Origin: Deltaproteobacteria bacterium
GTDB taxonomy: Bacteria; Desulfobacterota; Deferrimicrobia; J040
Assembly: GCA_011773515.1 (NCBI GenBank)
Contig: WVXK01000062.1
Span: 68,751-132,750 of the forward strand
Length of the DNA: 64,000 bases
Direction: 5' to 3'
Positions 28,837 through 38,729 of this stretch are shown here, in pieces. Position 1 is the first letter of the stretch; each line of letters opens with the position of its first letter. The notes under the pieces are model-generated. The model saw only the letters and a list, made by a program, of their open reading frames with translations, was not told the DNA's origin and did no database searches. Both the position numbers and the translations under genes were made by a program.

Positions 28837-29397
28837 ATGGGCAGGGACAAATTCAAAATACTTTTCCCATCCGGGGAAATAGAGCTCAAAGTCAAGGAAT
28901 TAGCCAAGCAGATCTCACAGGACTACCGTGGCAAGACGCCGGTTTTGATCGGAATCTTAAAAGGGGCCTTCATCTTTCTTGCAGACCTCGTGCGGAGCAT
29001 AGAGGGAGTCGACGTAGAGATAGACTTCCTCGGTGTCTCTTCCTACGGAAAAAAAACCGCGCCGGACAGGTCCCCCATCATTACGAAAGACCTCTCCATC
29101 GATGTTGCGAACAGGGACGTAATTATCGTCGAGGACATTGTAGACACGGGTGCAACATTCGATTCTATCGTCGGGTACATCGCGGGGAAAAATCCTTCTT
29201 CCCTGAAAATCTGCTCCCTCGTCGACAAAAGGGGGCGACGCAAGGGAACCCTGAAAATCGACTACGTTGGATTTGAAATCGAATCCGGCTTCATCATAGG
29301 ATATGGTATGGACTTTTCTGAAAAATACCGTAACATAAAAGACATCCTTCTCTATCTAGAGGATGCCATACAGACACCTAGAGCAGGAGGCAATTGA
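28837..29397 (+). CDS. hpt: hypoxanthine(-guanine) phosphoribosyltransferase
   Basis: 186 aa; PRPP-binding motif VIIVEDIVDTGATF; N-terminal LIGILKGAFIFLADLVR. Confidence 0.92.
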   Translation: MGRDKFKILFPSGEIELKVKELAKQISQDYRGKTPVLIGILKGAFIFLADLVRSIEGVDVEIDFLGVSSYGKKTAPDRSPIITKDLSIDVANRDVIIVEDIVDTGATFDSIVGYIAGKNPSSLKICSLVDKRGRRKGTLKIDYVGFEIESGFIIGYGMDFSEKYRNIKDILLYLEDAIQTPRAGGN

Positions 29398-31016
29398 TGA
29401 TAATTCAGTGTGACAGTTGCAAGACGAAGTACCGGCTCAACGAAGACAAGATAGCGGGAAAAGGGGCGAGGGTAAAATGCAGAAAGTGCTCGGATTACAT
29501 AATCGTCATGAAGCCCGAATACGAACATTTAAAGGGTGAGTTCATAAGCGGTATCCAGGCAGAAGAGCTGAAAAAACAGATGGAGGAGGAAGCTTCTGAA
29601 GAACAGCGGGATACGGCCCCGGCAGAGCCGCCCGCCCCGCCTTCCGAACAATACGAAACAGAGCAGGAGGTTGCTGAGGACGTTTCGGCGCCCGCTGCGG
29701 AAGATACAGGCGAGGCTCTCCTTTCTGCCCCCCAGGCCCCGGGGGAAGATTTGCCGCACGGAGAGGGCATTCCGGCAGAAAACGCAACGGAAGGGTTGCC
29801 CTCCGCACACGATACAGCGCCCGAGGAGGACGGCATAGACACCGTGACAGAACCGGTTCCGGGGGATATGCAAAGAGAGGATGCAGGGCAAGACGACATG
29901 GACATGGCTTTCGAGAAGTTTCTCGGCTCTCTCAGGGATGAATCCCAAATATTGCCGGAATCAGCGGATTACACGGAATTTGAAGGAACTCAAAGAAAGG
30001 AGACGACAGCCTCTGATGATGAGGAGGAAGCAATAACAGAAGGATTCCCCTTCGGCAAAGAGGAGGAAAAAGAGGGAGTAAGAGGAGAAGATGCCGAAGA
30101 CCCCCAAATCATGACTGCCGGCGAAACACTCGATTTTATCAGCAAGGACGCGGAAGTAACGGAGGCAAAAGAGGATTTCGACCTAAAACTTCAGGATACG
30201 AAAATCGATTTTGAAGATTCCCTGGACTTCACCAGCGCCATAAGCAGGGAACCCTCACAAGACGAGGGGGAGGCTGACCACGAATATCATCCATCTGTTT
30301 CTGCCGACTCCCTGATGGAATCCCCTGCAGAAACCCTGATGCAGGAAGAAGAAAAAATCAAAGGTGACATATCGTTTCCGGAAGGGGATATATCAGATAT
30401 GCATATCGACATTTCGGAGCCGATTTCGCATGAGACAGCTTCTCCCTATGAGTACGTCCCGAAGACATATGTCAGGAGGGGGAGAAAATCAAAAATCGCA
30501 GGATTCCTCCTCGTGCTCCTTGTTTTTCTCATCGCCATTGCAGGGGGAGGGGCATACCTTGCTTTTACGGAGCCGGGAAATGCATTGATAATCAAATATG
30601 CACCCCAGGTGCGCGCTCTATTGGGCATGAAAGGCGGAGTATCCGTGGGCCAGTTCGATATCACAAACCTCATCGGTTACTATGACACAAACCAGAATGA
30701 GGGTAAAATCTTCATCATAAAAGGAGACGTTGTCAATCTCTCAAATACCGTAAACAGCGGGATTGTCCTGAAAGGTCAGCTGCTCGATGAGAGGAGCAAC
30801 GTTCTCAGGGATAAAACCGTTTATGCCGGAAACCTCCTCGGGAACAAAATCCTTAAAAATTCCTCCAAAAGAGCTATCGAAGAAGCCCTCCAGAACAAGC
30901 TCGGAAAAAACCTCTCAAACATAGACATTCAGCCCGGCTCATCGGTGCCGTTTATGATCGTCTTTTTCGACCTGCCGGAAAAAATAGAGGCCTACAAAGT
31001 GGAGAGCATCGAATAG
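29394..31016 (+). CDS. MJ0042-type zinc-ribbon protein with acidic low-complexity linker, one TM helix and C-terminal DUF3426-like domain
   Basis: 540 aa; N-terminus MMIIQCDSCKTKYRLNEDKI...VKCRKCSDYIIV (two CxxC pairs); ~300 aa Glu/Asp-rich linker; TM IAGFLLVLLVFLIAIAGGGAYLAF; C-terminal ~160 aa globular domain. Confidence 0.8.
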   Translation: MMIIQCDSCKTKYRLNEDKIAGKGARVKCRKCSDYIIVMKPEYEHLKGEFISGIQAEELKKQMEEEASEEQRDTAPAEPPAPPSEQYETEQEVAEDVSAPAAEDTGEALLSAPQAPGEDLPHGEGIPAENATEGLPSAHDTAPEEDGIDTVTEPVPGDMQREDAGQDDMDMAFEKFLGSLRDESQILPESADYTEFEGTQRKETTASDDEEEAITEGFPFGKEEEKEGVRGEDAEDPQIMTAGETLDFISKDAEVTEAKEDFDLKLQDTKIDFEDSLDFTSAISREPSQDEGEADHEYHPSVSADSLMESPAETLMQEEEKIKGDISFPEGDISDMHIDISEPISHETASPYEYVPKTYVRRGRKSKIAGFLLVLLVFLIAIAGGGAYLAFTEPGNALIIKYAPQVRALLGMKGGVSVGQFDITNLIGYYDTNQNEGKIFIIKGDVVNLSNTVNSGIVLKGQLLDERSNVLRDKTVYAGNLLGNKILKNSSKRAIEEALQNKLGKNLSNIDIQPGSSVPFMIVFFDLPEKIEAYKVESIE

Positions 31017-31094
31017 CCAGCACGCGTGGAAAAGGACCGGGGGAACACGCAAAAATATGTGGGAATCGACTTCTTTGTGCGGGCTAGGAGGCGT

Positions 31095-31283
31095 TCACTC
31101 TTTTTTTTTCTCCTCATCATCCTTGGGAGTAACATCTATTGACTTCGAATCCTTGATTGCTTTCTTGAAATTCCCGATCGCTTGACCCAGACCCGCCCCT
31201 ATCTGAGGAAGCTTTCCGGCACCGAAAATGAGGACCACGATAACCAGAATGATGAGCAGTTCCGGCAAACCTAATCCGAACAT
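31095..31283 (-). CDS. tatA: twin-arginine translocase subunit TatA/E
   Basis: 62 aa; MFGLGLPELLIILVIVVLIFGAGKLPQIGAGLGQAIGNFKKA matches the TatA consensus. Confidence 0.9.
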   Translation of the reverse strand: MFGLGLPELLIILVIVVLIFGAGKLPQIGAGLGQAIGNFKKAIKDSKSIDVTPKDDEEKKKE

Positions 31284-31424
31284 AAATTTCCTCCGCTATC
31301 CGTATGTTTATTGTACCAGTTAAAAAAATGATATGGAAAGACTAATTAATCGATCCGAATAAGCTATAGGTCCTTCCCGTTAAAGGGAAGAAAGGCCCGG
31401 GTTGCCCACTTATCCGACGGGCAA

Positions 31425-32414
31425 TCACCTCTCCTCCACCGTTTCCTCTATTTTCATCCCGAAGTGCCTCGCCCCATCATCCAGGTAGCACATGACCTCC
31501 GTTCCCCTCCTGATGTCGGCTATTGATATCTGCTCGCCCTGGGGGGAAACGAGCCGTATCGTTTCCGCGTTCTGAAGTATCGCCGAAACTTCCCTCCCCT
31601 CAACGTCTCCCTTGACCAGGATAAGGGGCCTTTTCTCTATCTTCGACCGGCCGACCCAGGCAACCTCGCCGGTCCCATCGCTTCCAACGGTGAGAACCTG
31701 GCTTCCTGCAGAGATTTCCGAGAGATAGCCCGTCCTCCCCGATGGCAGCAGCGTGTACATATGCACGGCACCGGCATTCACCCTGAAGGGCCTCTCACTC
31801 ACATACTCTGATGCCACATTCTCCGCAGAGACAAGGAAAAAGCCCCGCGAGGAGTTACCTACGAGCATGCCGACAGCACCTCTCATAAGTGTGCAGGTGT
31901 CAACGCAAACTCTGTCGCCCAGCCCCAGGACGGTCACCTCGGTGATGACCCCTTTTCTCAGATCAAGGGATATCTTCCATTCATCGAACCGGGAAAGAAG
32001 GAAGGAGAGATCACCGGGGGAATGCAGATCAAAAAGGATCCCCCACACGCCCTTTTCGAGGACTCCCGAAAAAACCCGGAGGTCGTCTTCGCTCTTCACC
32101 GGCACGATGACCTTTTTCCCCATTGCCACGAGGTTTTCGAGGGGAATGATCTCATTTCTCTTCGCCTCGATGTAAATCAACGTGTCGGGCGGAAGGGACT
32201 CTATCTCTTCGAGGTTTCCCCGGTCTTTAATCTCGCAGACCATGAAGTCCACGCCGGGCCTGACGTCTCCGCTATTTGCCACAACCGTTACCCTTCCCAG
32301 TTTTTTTACCTCCGTGACAGACTCTTCGGGGACCCAGAACGTCGATACCCCCCGCTCGAGAGCAAAGGTTATTATTTCTTTGTCATACGGTATGCTCCTT
32401 ACCCAGAACTCCAT
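31425..32414 (-). CDS. 3-dehydroquinate synthase II (archaeal-type, AroB')
   Basis: 329 aa; family COG1465-like (MEFWVRS...VVANSGDVRPGVDFMVCEIKDRG...); adjacent to an AroA'-like DhnA aldolase. Confidence 0.8.
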   Translation of the reverse strand: MEFWVRSIPYDKEIITFALERGVSTFWVPEESVTEVKKLGRVTVVANSGDVRPGVDFMVCEIKDRGNLEEIESLPPDTLIYIEAKRNEIIPLENLVAMGKKVIVPVKSEDDLRVFSGVLEKGVWGILFDLHSPGDLSFLLSRFDEWKISLDLRKGVITEVTVLGLGDRVCVDTCTLMRGAVGMLVGNSSRGFFLVSAENVASEYVSERPFRVNAGAVHMYTLLPSGRTGYLSEISAGSQVLTVGSDGTGEVAWVGRSKIEKRPLILVKGDVEGREVSAILQNAETIRLVSPQGEQISIADIRRGTEVMCYLDDGARHFGMKIEETVEER

Positions 32415-32415
32415 C

Positions 32416-33216
32416 TCAAACTCCCTTTTTAAGGAACTTCATTGCCTCCTCGGCGGGCCTGCCGTTGTGCACGATCTCTGAAATTGCTCTCATCATTTCC
32501 GTCGGCATGTCGTGCTGGAAGACGTTTCTCCCGATGGAAACACCTGCCCCACCCGCAGCTATTGCCTCCTGAACCATCTTCAGCACCTCAAAATCACTGC
32601 TCATTTTCTCGCCCCCCGCAATAACGATCGGGATTGCGCACCCCTTTACAACCTCACTGAATGTCTCGGCCGAGCCGGTGTAGGGAACCTTTACGATATC
32701 GGCACCCATCTCGGCAGCGACTCTCGCGGCGTGCTTGACATATTTATGGTCGTACTGATTCGAAATTTTTGGCCCCCTCGTGTACATCATCGCCAGGAGC
32801 GGCATTCCCCACAGCTGGCAGGACGATGATACCCTGCCGAAATCGGATAACATTTCAGCTTCGTCGTCGGCACCCAGATTAATGTGGATGGATACTGCGT
32901 CGGCACCAAGCCGTATAGCGTCTTCTGTCGTTGCCACGAGGATTTTTCTGTTCGCATCCGGGGCAAGGTTCGTGGAAGCAGAAAGGTGGATGATGAGTCC
33001 TAGGTCTTTGCCATACCCCCGGTGGCCGAACATCGCCCCGCCCCGGTGAACGACCGCTGCATTCGCTCCCCCCTCGGCAATCAAATTGGCCGCCCGGGAA
33101 ACATCGACCAGGCCATCTATCGGACCCACCGTGAGTCCGTGGTCCAGAGGCACGATAACGGTTTTCCCGGTATTTCTGTCGATAATCCTTTCCAGCCGAA
33201 CCCTTTTACCTATCAT
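32416..33216 (-). CDS. 2-amino-3,7-dideoxy-D-threo-hept-6-ulosonate synthase (AroA', DhnA-type class I aldolase family)
   Basis: Track ORF to 33252 (GTG); better start ATG 33214-16 ([11 protein letters not shown]) with GGAGG RBS. DhnA-family class I aldolase with Schiff-base Lys context ADIVKVPY. Confidence 0.8.
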   Translation of the reverse strand: MIGKRVRLERIIDRNTGKTVIVPLDHGLTVGPIDGLVDVSRAANLIAEGGANAAVVHRGGAMFGHRGYGKDLGLIIHLSASTNLAPDANRKILVATTEDAIRLGADAVSIHINLGADDEAEMLSDFGRVSSSCQLWGMPLLAMMYTRGPKISNQYDHKYVKHAARVAAEMGADIVKVPYTGSAETFSEVVKGCAIPIVIAGGEKMSSDFEVLKMVQEAIAAGGAGVSIGRNVFQHDMPTEMMRAISEIVHNGRPAEEAMKFLKKGV

Positions 33217-33241
33217 TTCCCGCCTCCAGAATTTCCTCAAT

Positions 33242-33271
33242 AAAAAAACCACCGGTTTTTGGCCCCGGTGG
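33242..33271 (-). terminator. rho-independent terminator after the GspE_N-PilT gene
   Basis: Minus strand CCACCGG-ggccaaaaa-CCGGTGG followed by U7; between the pilT-like stop (33393) and the aroA' start. Confidence 0.75.
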
Positions 33272-33392
33272 CTTGTGTGTCGAGGTCAAAGAGACCAAAA
33301 GCCACAGGAGGTTCACAACAGTGTATGGAGCCACAAGGAGTTCCACCGCACTTTTGACCCTGTTGCAAAGCATGTTCGAAACAATCTTCCCC

Positions 33393-34946
33393 TCACCGGT
33401 AAACGCCCCTTAATTTCAACAGATCGTTGAAATAATTCAGGTCATCGGAAAGCTTTATCGCCTCTTCGTACCGAACCTTCCCGGCGGCGACGAGCTCTGC
33501 AATTGTCCAGTCGATGCTCACGAGCTCCTCGAGGTTTGTATGCATCATGTTCTTGAGAAAATGGGTCTTTCCCTCCCGTATGGAATTCCTGACCCGGGGG
33601 CTGGTAGCCATTTTCTCCCACGCAAGAACCCTCCCCGCACCATCTGCTCTCTTTATCAGGCGCTGCGAAAAAACGAGCTGGAAGCTATCGGCAAACTGGG
33701 CCCGCACCTGCTGCTGTTGATTTGGGGGGAATATATCCAATACTCTGTCCACCGCGGAGACGGCATTGTTTGAGTGGAGCGTCCCCATAACGAGGTGGCC
33801 CGTCTCTGCCGCTGTCAGCGCGATAGATATGCTCTCGAAGTCCCGGAGCTCCCCGATCACTATCACGTCCGGGTTCTGCCTGAAGATGTGCTTCAGGCCA
33901 TCGGCGAAAGATCTGGTGTCGGTGCCGACCTCGCGCTGGTTGACATTCGAGTTCTTGTGTTTATGGGTGTACTCGATGGGATCCTCTATGGTGATGATAT
34001 TTGCCTTCCGCTCCCTGTTGATGATATCGACCATACATGCCAGCGTGGTGGACTTTCCATGACCATTCGGCCCCACGATGAGAATCAGCCCGCTCAGTTT
34101 GAGGGCATACTCGTGGACAAAGCCGGGGAGTCCGAGCTCTTCGGCATGCGGAACCTCCTCCACCACGTGTCGGGAAATAAATGCGATCGATCCCCTCTGC
34201 TTGTAAAGGTTGCACCTGAATCTGCCCACCCCTTCCAGGGAATAGGCAAAATCGAGCTCAAAGGTCTCTTCGAACCTCTCTTTCTGCGAAGGGGTGAGGA
34301 TCGTGGATACCATGTTTTCCATCTGTCCCGGAGAGAGAGCAGGAAAGTTAAGTCGTTTCAGCTCATTATCGACTCTAATGCTTGGTATGGCTCCCGCGGA
34401 TAGGTGAAGATCCTGTCCCCCTGATTCTACGAGGGTTGCCAGCAGGCTATCCACATCCTCTCCGAGAGGCTCGGTAATTCTCACCGCCTCCGCTTTCAAC
34501 TCGAAGGCAACCGTCCCGTAACCCCTGTCTTCGAAGTACAAAAGTGCTTCGCCAAACTGATGTGAGGATATGATGACCTGTTTCGTCGCCTTTCCCGTTT
34601 TGAATTCAATCTGTGAAAGCACTTCCAGGTCTGTCGGGTCCACCATCCCGACGATGAGTTTGGACCCCTCATATCCCAGCGGAAGGATCTTTTTTTCCTT
34701 GACTAAAGAGTAGGTTACGATTTTGAGCACATCATCGGGGACTGAAATTTTATGCAGGTTTACATGGGGGATGGACAGCTGTTTTGAAAGGGAACTCAAG
34801 ATCTGCTCTTCCGAGACGTATCCAAGCCTCACGAGGGCTTCGCCAACTGTTCCGCCCAGCTGCCTCTGGGATTTCAGGCCGTAATTGAGTTCTTGCTCCG
34901 TAATCAAGCCGGCTTCAACGAGTATTTCGCCGAGTTTTTTCTTCAT
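33393..34946 (-). CDS. PilT-family retraction ATPase with N-terminal T2SSE_N (GspE N-terminal) domain
   Basis: 517 aa; N-terminal ~150 aa GspE_N-like ([18 protein letters not shown]...[13 protein letters not shown]); C-terminal PilT core ([35 protein letters not shown]). Confidence 0.88.
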   Translation of the reverse strand: MKKKLGEILVEAGLITEQELNYGLKSQRQLGGTVGEALVRLGYVSEEQILSSLSKQLSIPHVNLHKISVPDDVLKIVTYSLVKEKKILPLGYEGSKLIVGMVDPTDLEVLSQIEFKTGKATKQVIISSHQFGEALLYFEDRGYGTVAFELKAEAVRITEPLGEDVDSLLATLVESGGQDLHLSAGAIPSIRVDNELKRLNFPALSPGQMENMVSTILTPSQKERFEETFELDFAYSLEGVGRFRCNLYKQRGSIAFISRHVVEEVPHAEELGLPGFVHEYALKLSGLILIVGPNGHGKSTTLACMVDIINRERKANIITIEDPIEYTHKHKNSNVNQREVGTDTRSFADGLKHIFRQNPDVIVIGELRDFESISIALTAAETGHLVMGTLHSNNAVSAVDRVLDIFPPNQQQQVRAQFADSFQLVFSQRLIKRADGAGRVLAWEKMATSPRVRNSIREGKTHFLKNMMHTNLEELVSIDWTIAELVAAGKVRYEEAIKLSDDLNYFNDLLKLRGVYR

Positions 34947-35038
34947 AGATATACCGCCACTATCTTCACCGCCTTACATGAAATAAACTTATAATAGTGC
35001 GAGTTGTTTTATCAAGCATTAATTGAGAGAGGTATTGC

Positions 35039-36025
35039 ATGGACAGGGAAAAATTTAACGGCATATTAAGGGGATACTGGGAAAGCCAGATACTCTTTAC
35101 TGCAACATATCTTGGCATATTCAATTTCCTGGGCAACACCCACCGGTCATCGGGGGAGGTAGCCGTTTCGCTCAGACTCGACAAAAGAGGCACGGAGATT
35201 CTCCTGAACGCCCTCACAGGGCTCGGTCTCATCGAAAAGCGGCAAAAGGCGTATCGGAACAGCTCTTTTGGGAGGAAACACCTGGTGGATGACGGGGATG
35301 AGCCCCTCACGGGCTTCGTCCTCCACAACATGGATATGTGGGAATCGTGGGGCGACCTTCCGTCGGTCATGAAAAAGGGGAAGCCGCAGAAGGGTTTCGC
35401 CGTTTTGAAATACAAGACAGGCCGGCATTCTCTCTTTAACTTTGCTCTCGCGATGCACCAGGGAGGGACCACTGTTGGAAGGGAGATCGCCCTTCTCTTT
35501 GACTTCTCCTTCGTCAACTCGATCCTCGACGTGGGAGGATGCACGGGAAGGTACGCTCTCTCCGTCATGGAAAGAGCCCCCACGGAAAGGGTGGACGTGC
35601 TCGACCTTCCCGAAATGGTTCGGGAGGCAAAACGAATCATCCGGGCAGAAAACAGGGAGGAGCTGAGAAAAATACGCTTCATCGAAGGAAACTTCTTTTC
35701 AACCGACCCCGGCAGGAAGTACGACCTGGTCATTCTGTCGAACATCATCCACAGCCTGAGCGAAGAAGAGTGCGTAACGCTCTTTACCCGGTTACGAGGC
35801 TGGCTCACACAGGGAGGGCAGCTTTTGCTCCACAACATGACCTCTGACAAAAGCGGCACCCATCCTCCCCACGCTGCCCTGTTCTCGGTAAACATGCTCG
35901 TAAATACCCTGAAGGGCAAAGTCCACGCGGAGAGGGACGTCTTGAAGATGCTGGGGGCCTCGGGGATCAAAAAGATAGCCAAAAAGCGAACAGAGGGGGG
36001 CAACCTGGCGCTACTGTGCGGGTAA
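35039..36025 (+). CDS. class I SAM-dependent O-methyltransferase (family 2, CrtF/ASMT-like)
   Basis: 328 aa; N-terminal dimerisation/winged-helix region, SAM motif LDVGGCTGRYA, family-2 OMT architecture. Confidence 0.8.
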   Translation: MDREKFNGILRGYWESQILFTATYLGIFNFLGNTHRSSGEVAVSLRLDKRGTEILLNALTGLGLIEKRQKAYRNSSFGRKHLVDDGDEPLTGFVLHNMDMWESWGDLPSVMKKGKPQKGFAVLKYKTGRHSLFNFALAMHQGGTTVGREIALLFDFSFVNSILDVGGCTGRYALSVMERAPTERVDVLDLPEMVREAKRIIRAENREELRKIRFIEGNFFSTDPGRKYDLVILSNIIHSLSEEECVTLFTRLRGWLTQGGQLLLHNMTSDKSGTHPPHAALFSVNMLVNTLKGKVHAERDVLKMLGASGIKKIAKKRTEGGNLALLCG

Positions 36026-36853
36026 CGCTCTGCACACTTCCCATGCCTGGCAGTCGCGGCAGCGGCTCACGGAGAATACCCCCCGACAACCCTCTACGAT
36101 ACCGATCCTGGTCAACGCAAAATCATATTTGACAGGGTCGTGAGGGTCGAAGCGCCGCAGAAATTCGGTTATCTCGAGGGCCATCGATAAGTTCCTGATT
36201 TTTTTCCGCGTAAAACCGAAAAGCCCGGACAGCCGGGCAACGTGCGTATCGAGGGGGATGACCAGATCTCCCGGGCTCACGGAATCAAAGATCCCGAAAT
36301 CCACACCATCATCCCTCCTCACCATCCAGCGAAGGTAGAGGAAGAGCCTCTTGCAGGCACTTCCCCTTTCCGGGTCTGGAAGGAGAAATTTCAGCAAATC
36401 CCCCCTTCCGCCAGCCGCCCTTCTCAGGTTTCTTATAAAACGGCTCAAGCTGCCCACCATGTCTCCCGGGGCATAGTCATCAACAAACGCATTTTTGATC
36501 GACCCTCGCTGCGCTATGACCTTTCTCAATGAAAGGATAAGGGTTGCAACCTGTTCTCCCCCCACGAAGCGGTGCCGGAAACCGTCGAGCGCTGATTTCT
36601 TCCTGAAGGTGAAATTTTTTACGAAACCTGCGGGGTGAGGGCCCAGTATCTCGAGAAGGGCTTCTATAGACCTTTTGATCTGGAGAACGTTCCCGAAAGC
36701 GAGAAGGGCTGCGAAAAAACCCACCACCTCGATATCCTCCTCCGAGGAAAACCTGTGAACCAGGCCGACGGGGTCTGTGTCGAGGTATGAGTTTCCATAC
36801 TTTGCGAAGACAGAATCCAGAAGATGGGCGATCTTTTCCTCGTGGTCTTTCAA
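36011..36853 (-). CDS. conserved hypothetical protein (possibly TIGR02757/DUF2400 family) with C-terminal Cys cluster
   Basis: 280 aa; consistent codon usage; C-terminus [19 protein letters not shown]; family assignment from memory only. Convergent 15-nt overlap with OMT. Confidence 0.55.
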   Translation of the reverse strand: MKDHEEKIAHLLDSVFAKYGNSYLDTDPVGLVHRFSSEEDIEVVGFFAALLAFGNVLQIKRSIEALLEILGPHPAGFVKNFTFRKKSALDGFRHRFVGGEQVATLILSLRKVIAQRGSIKNAFVDDYAPGDMVGSLSRFIRNLRRAAGGRGDLLKFLLPDPERGSACKRLFLYLRWMVRRDDGVDFGIFDSVSPGDLVIPLDTHVARLSGLFGFTRKKIRNLSMALEITEFLRRFDPHDPVKYDFALTRIGIVEGCRGVFSVSRCRDCQAWEVCRALPAQ

Positions 36854-37728
36854 GGAATGACCTTGTTCAACGGATATTCAACGATGCCGGTGGCGCCCTT
36901 CTCCACGAGTTCGGGAATCAGGTCCCTTACCGTCCTCTCGTTTACGATGACCTCGAGGCTGACCCATCGATCATCTGTCTGAGCCGATACGGTGGGGCTC
37001 TGAAGAGATGGGAGCACCTCCAGTATGGTAGGGAGGTTCTTTTTCTGCACGTTCATCTTCAGCCCCACATTCTCCTCTGCATTCAGGGCACCGTTTAAAA
37101 GAAGGGCTACCTTGCCGATCTTGGTCCTTTTCCAGGGATCTTTCATGGACTGCCTGTTTGCGATGAGCAGCGTCTTGGACTCGAGGATGGTCTCGATTAT
37201 TTTCAATTTGTTCGCCTTCAGCGTAGAACCCGTTTCGGTTACCTCCACAATGGCATCTGCAAGCACCGGCGCCTTCACCTCCGTTGCCCCCCAGGAAAAC
37301 TCCACGAGGGCGCTGACACCCCTCTCCCGGAGATATCTCTTTGTAACGTTGACAAGTTCGGTGGCAATTCTCTTCCCCTGAAGGTCTTCGACCCTCCGAA
37401 TCTTTGATCCTTCCGGAACTGCAATAACCCAGCGGACGGGCCGCAGACCTCCCTTTGCGTAATTGAGTTCGCACACTTCTTTGACCCTGGATCGCTGTTC
37501 CAGGACCCAATCCCTGCCGGTAAGACCCACATCCAGGATCCCGTCCTGAACATAGCGCGCCATTTCCTGTGCCCTGATCAGAAGGCCTGTTATTTCAGGG
37601 TCGTCTATCGCGGGTATGTAAGACCTGGGACCGACGGAGATATTGAACCCGGCCTTCTTGAAGATCTTCAGGGTGGATTCCTGCAGGGATCCCTTCGGCA
37701 AACCGAGTCTCAGAATTTTTTTATCCAT
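36850..37728 (-). CDS. hisG: ATP phosphoribosyltransferase, long form (HisG with C-terminal regulatory domain)
   Basis: [25 protein letters not shown]-terminal signature; ~290 aa with C-terminal regulatory domain. Start at MDKKIL (37728) preferred over track start 37743. Confidence 0.9.
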   Translation of the reverse strand: MDKKILRLGLPKGSLQESTLKIFKKAGFNISVGPRSYIPAIDDPEITGLLIRAQEMARYVQDGILDVGLTGRDWVLEQRSRVKEVCELNYAKGGLRPVRWVIAVPEGSKIRRVEDLQGKRIATELVNVTKRYLRERGVSALVEFSWGATEVKAPVLADAIVEVTETGSTLKANKLKIIETILESKTLLIANRQSMKDPWKRTKIGKVALLLNGALNAEENVGLKMNVQKKNLPTILEVLPSLQSPTVSAQTDDRWVSLEVIVNERTVRDLIPELVEKGATGIVEYPLNKVIP

Positions 37729-37985
37729 GCTGTCAGACCCCATTGATAGTCAAGGTAAACGATGATATCGCACCTCTTCCTGAAAATAAACTGCTTTTAT
37801 TCTATCCCAAAACCCTCCAAACCTGATCCCCAAGAGAAGACAGCCGGCCAGGGAAGCTCATTACCACCAACCATATCACATTATCCCTTTCTATTCTGGC
37901 AACTTAATCTATAATTTCCATAGTCGATAATCAAAAAATCTTTGCGAGAGAGGGCTTTACATTGCATCATTTCTCTGTTCTGGCC

Positions 37986-38660
37986 ATGGCCAAGGAACCT
38001 GTTCCCGGCAGGGTAAAAACCCGCCTTACACCTCCCTTCACCCCTCACGTCGGCGCAAATCTCTACGAGGCGATGCTATCGGACACCATGGATGTTTTAA
38101 TCTCCCTCAAGGGGGCAAAAAAATACCTCTTTATCGAACCGGAAAACTCCCGGTACTTTGATAGATTCCACGGCTCGGGGATAACAATCTTTCCTCAGTC
38201 CGGCCGTGACCTCGGAGAAAAAATGCTGCGGGCGGTAAAACTCGTCATGGCGCAAACCGGACTTCCCACGGTAATCGTGGGGACAGACATCCCTCTCCTG
38301 AAGGCTTCGACAATTATCAATTCCGTATCCATGCTCTCGAGGGCGGATGTGGTCCTTGGCCCCTGTGAAGACGGCGGCTACTACCTCATCGGCTTGAATA
38401 AATTTACCCCCCTCCCGTTTCTCGGGATTCCCTGGTCAACGGACAGGGTGCTCAGGAAAACAGTTTCAAACCTGAAAGCGGAAAAACTATCCTACGCCCT
38501 GACGGAAAAGCTCTTCGACATAGACACCGCCGGCGACATCGGAAAGCACATCAACTTTATCGGTAAAAACCGGGGGGATGACATATCCCGGACAAGATTC
38601 TCCCGGGCGGCGATGAAGCTCCACACCCATCTGGGCCGGCTCATCGAGCCCGAAACATAG
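37986..38660 (+). CDS. DUF2064 / TIGR04282-like nucleotidyltransferase-fold protein
   Basis: Track start TTG 37962; likely start ATG 37986 (MAKEPVPGRVKTRL, family signature); GPCEDGGYYLIGL. Confidence 0.75.
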   Translation: MAKEPVPGRVKTRLTPPFTPHVGANLYEAMLSDTMDVLISLKGAKKYLFIEPENSRYFDRFHGSGITIFPQSGRDLGEKMLRAVKLVMAQTGLPTVIVGTDIPLLKASTIINSVSMLSRADVVLGPCEDGGYYLIGLNKFTPLPFLGIPWSTDRVLRKTVSNLKAEKLSYALTEKLFDIDTAGDIGKHINFIGKNRGDDISRTRFSRAAMKLHTHLGRLIEPET

Positions 38661-38729
38661 CTCTCGTCTCGATGCCATTTTTCGGCGAATGGCACTCTCT
38701 TAAAAACTTCCGCACTTCAATCCGGCCCT

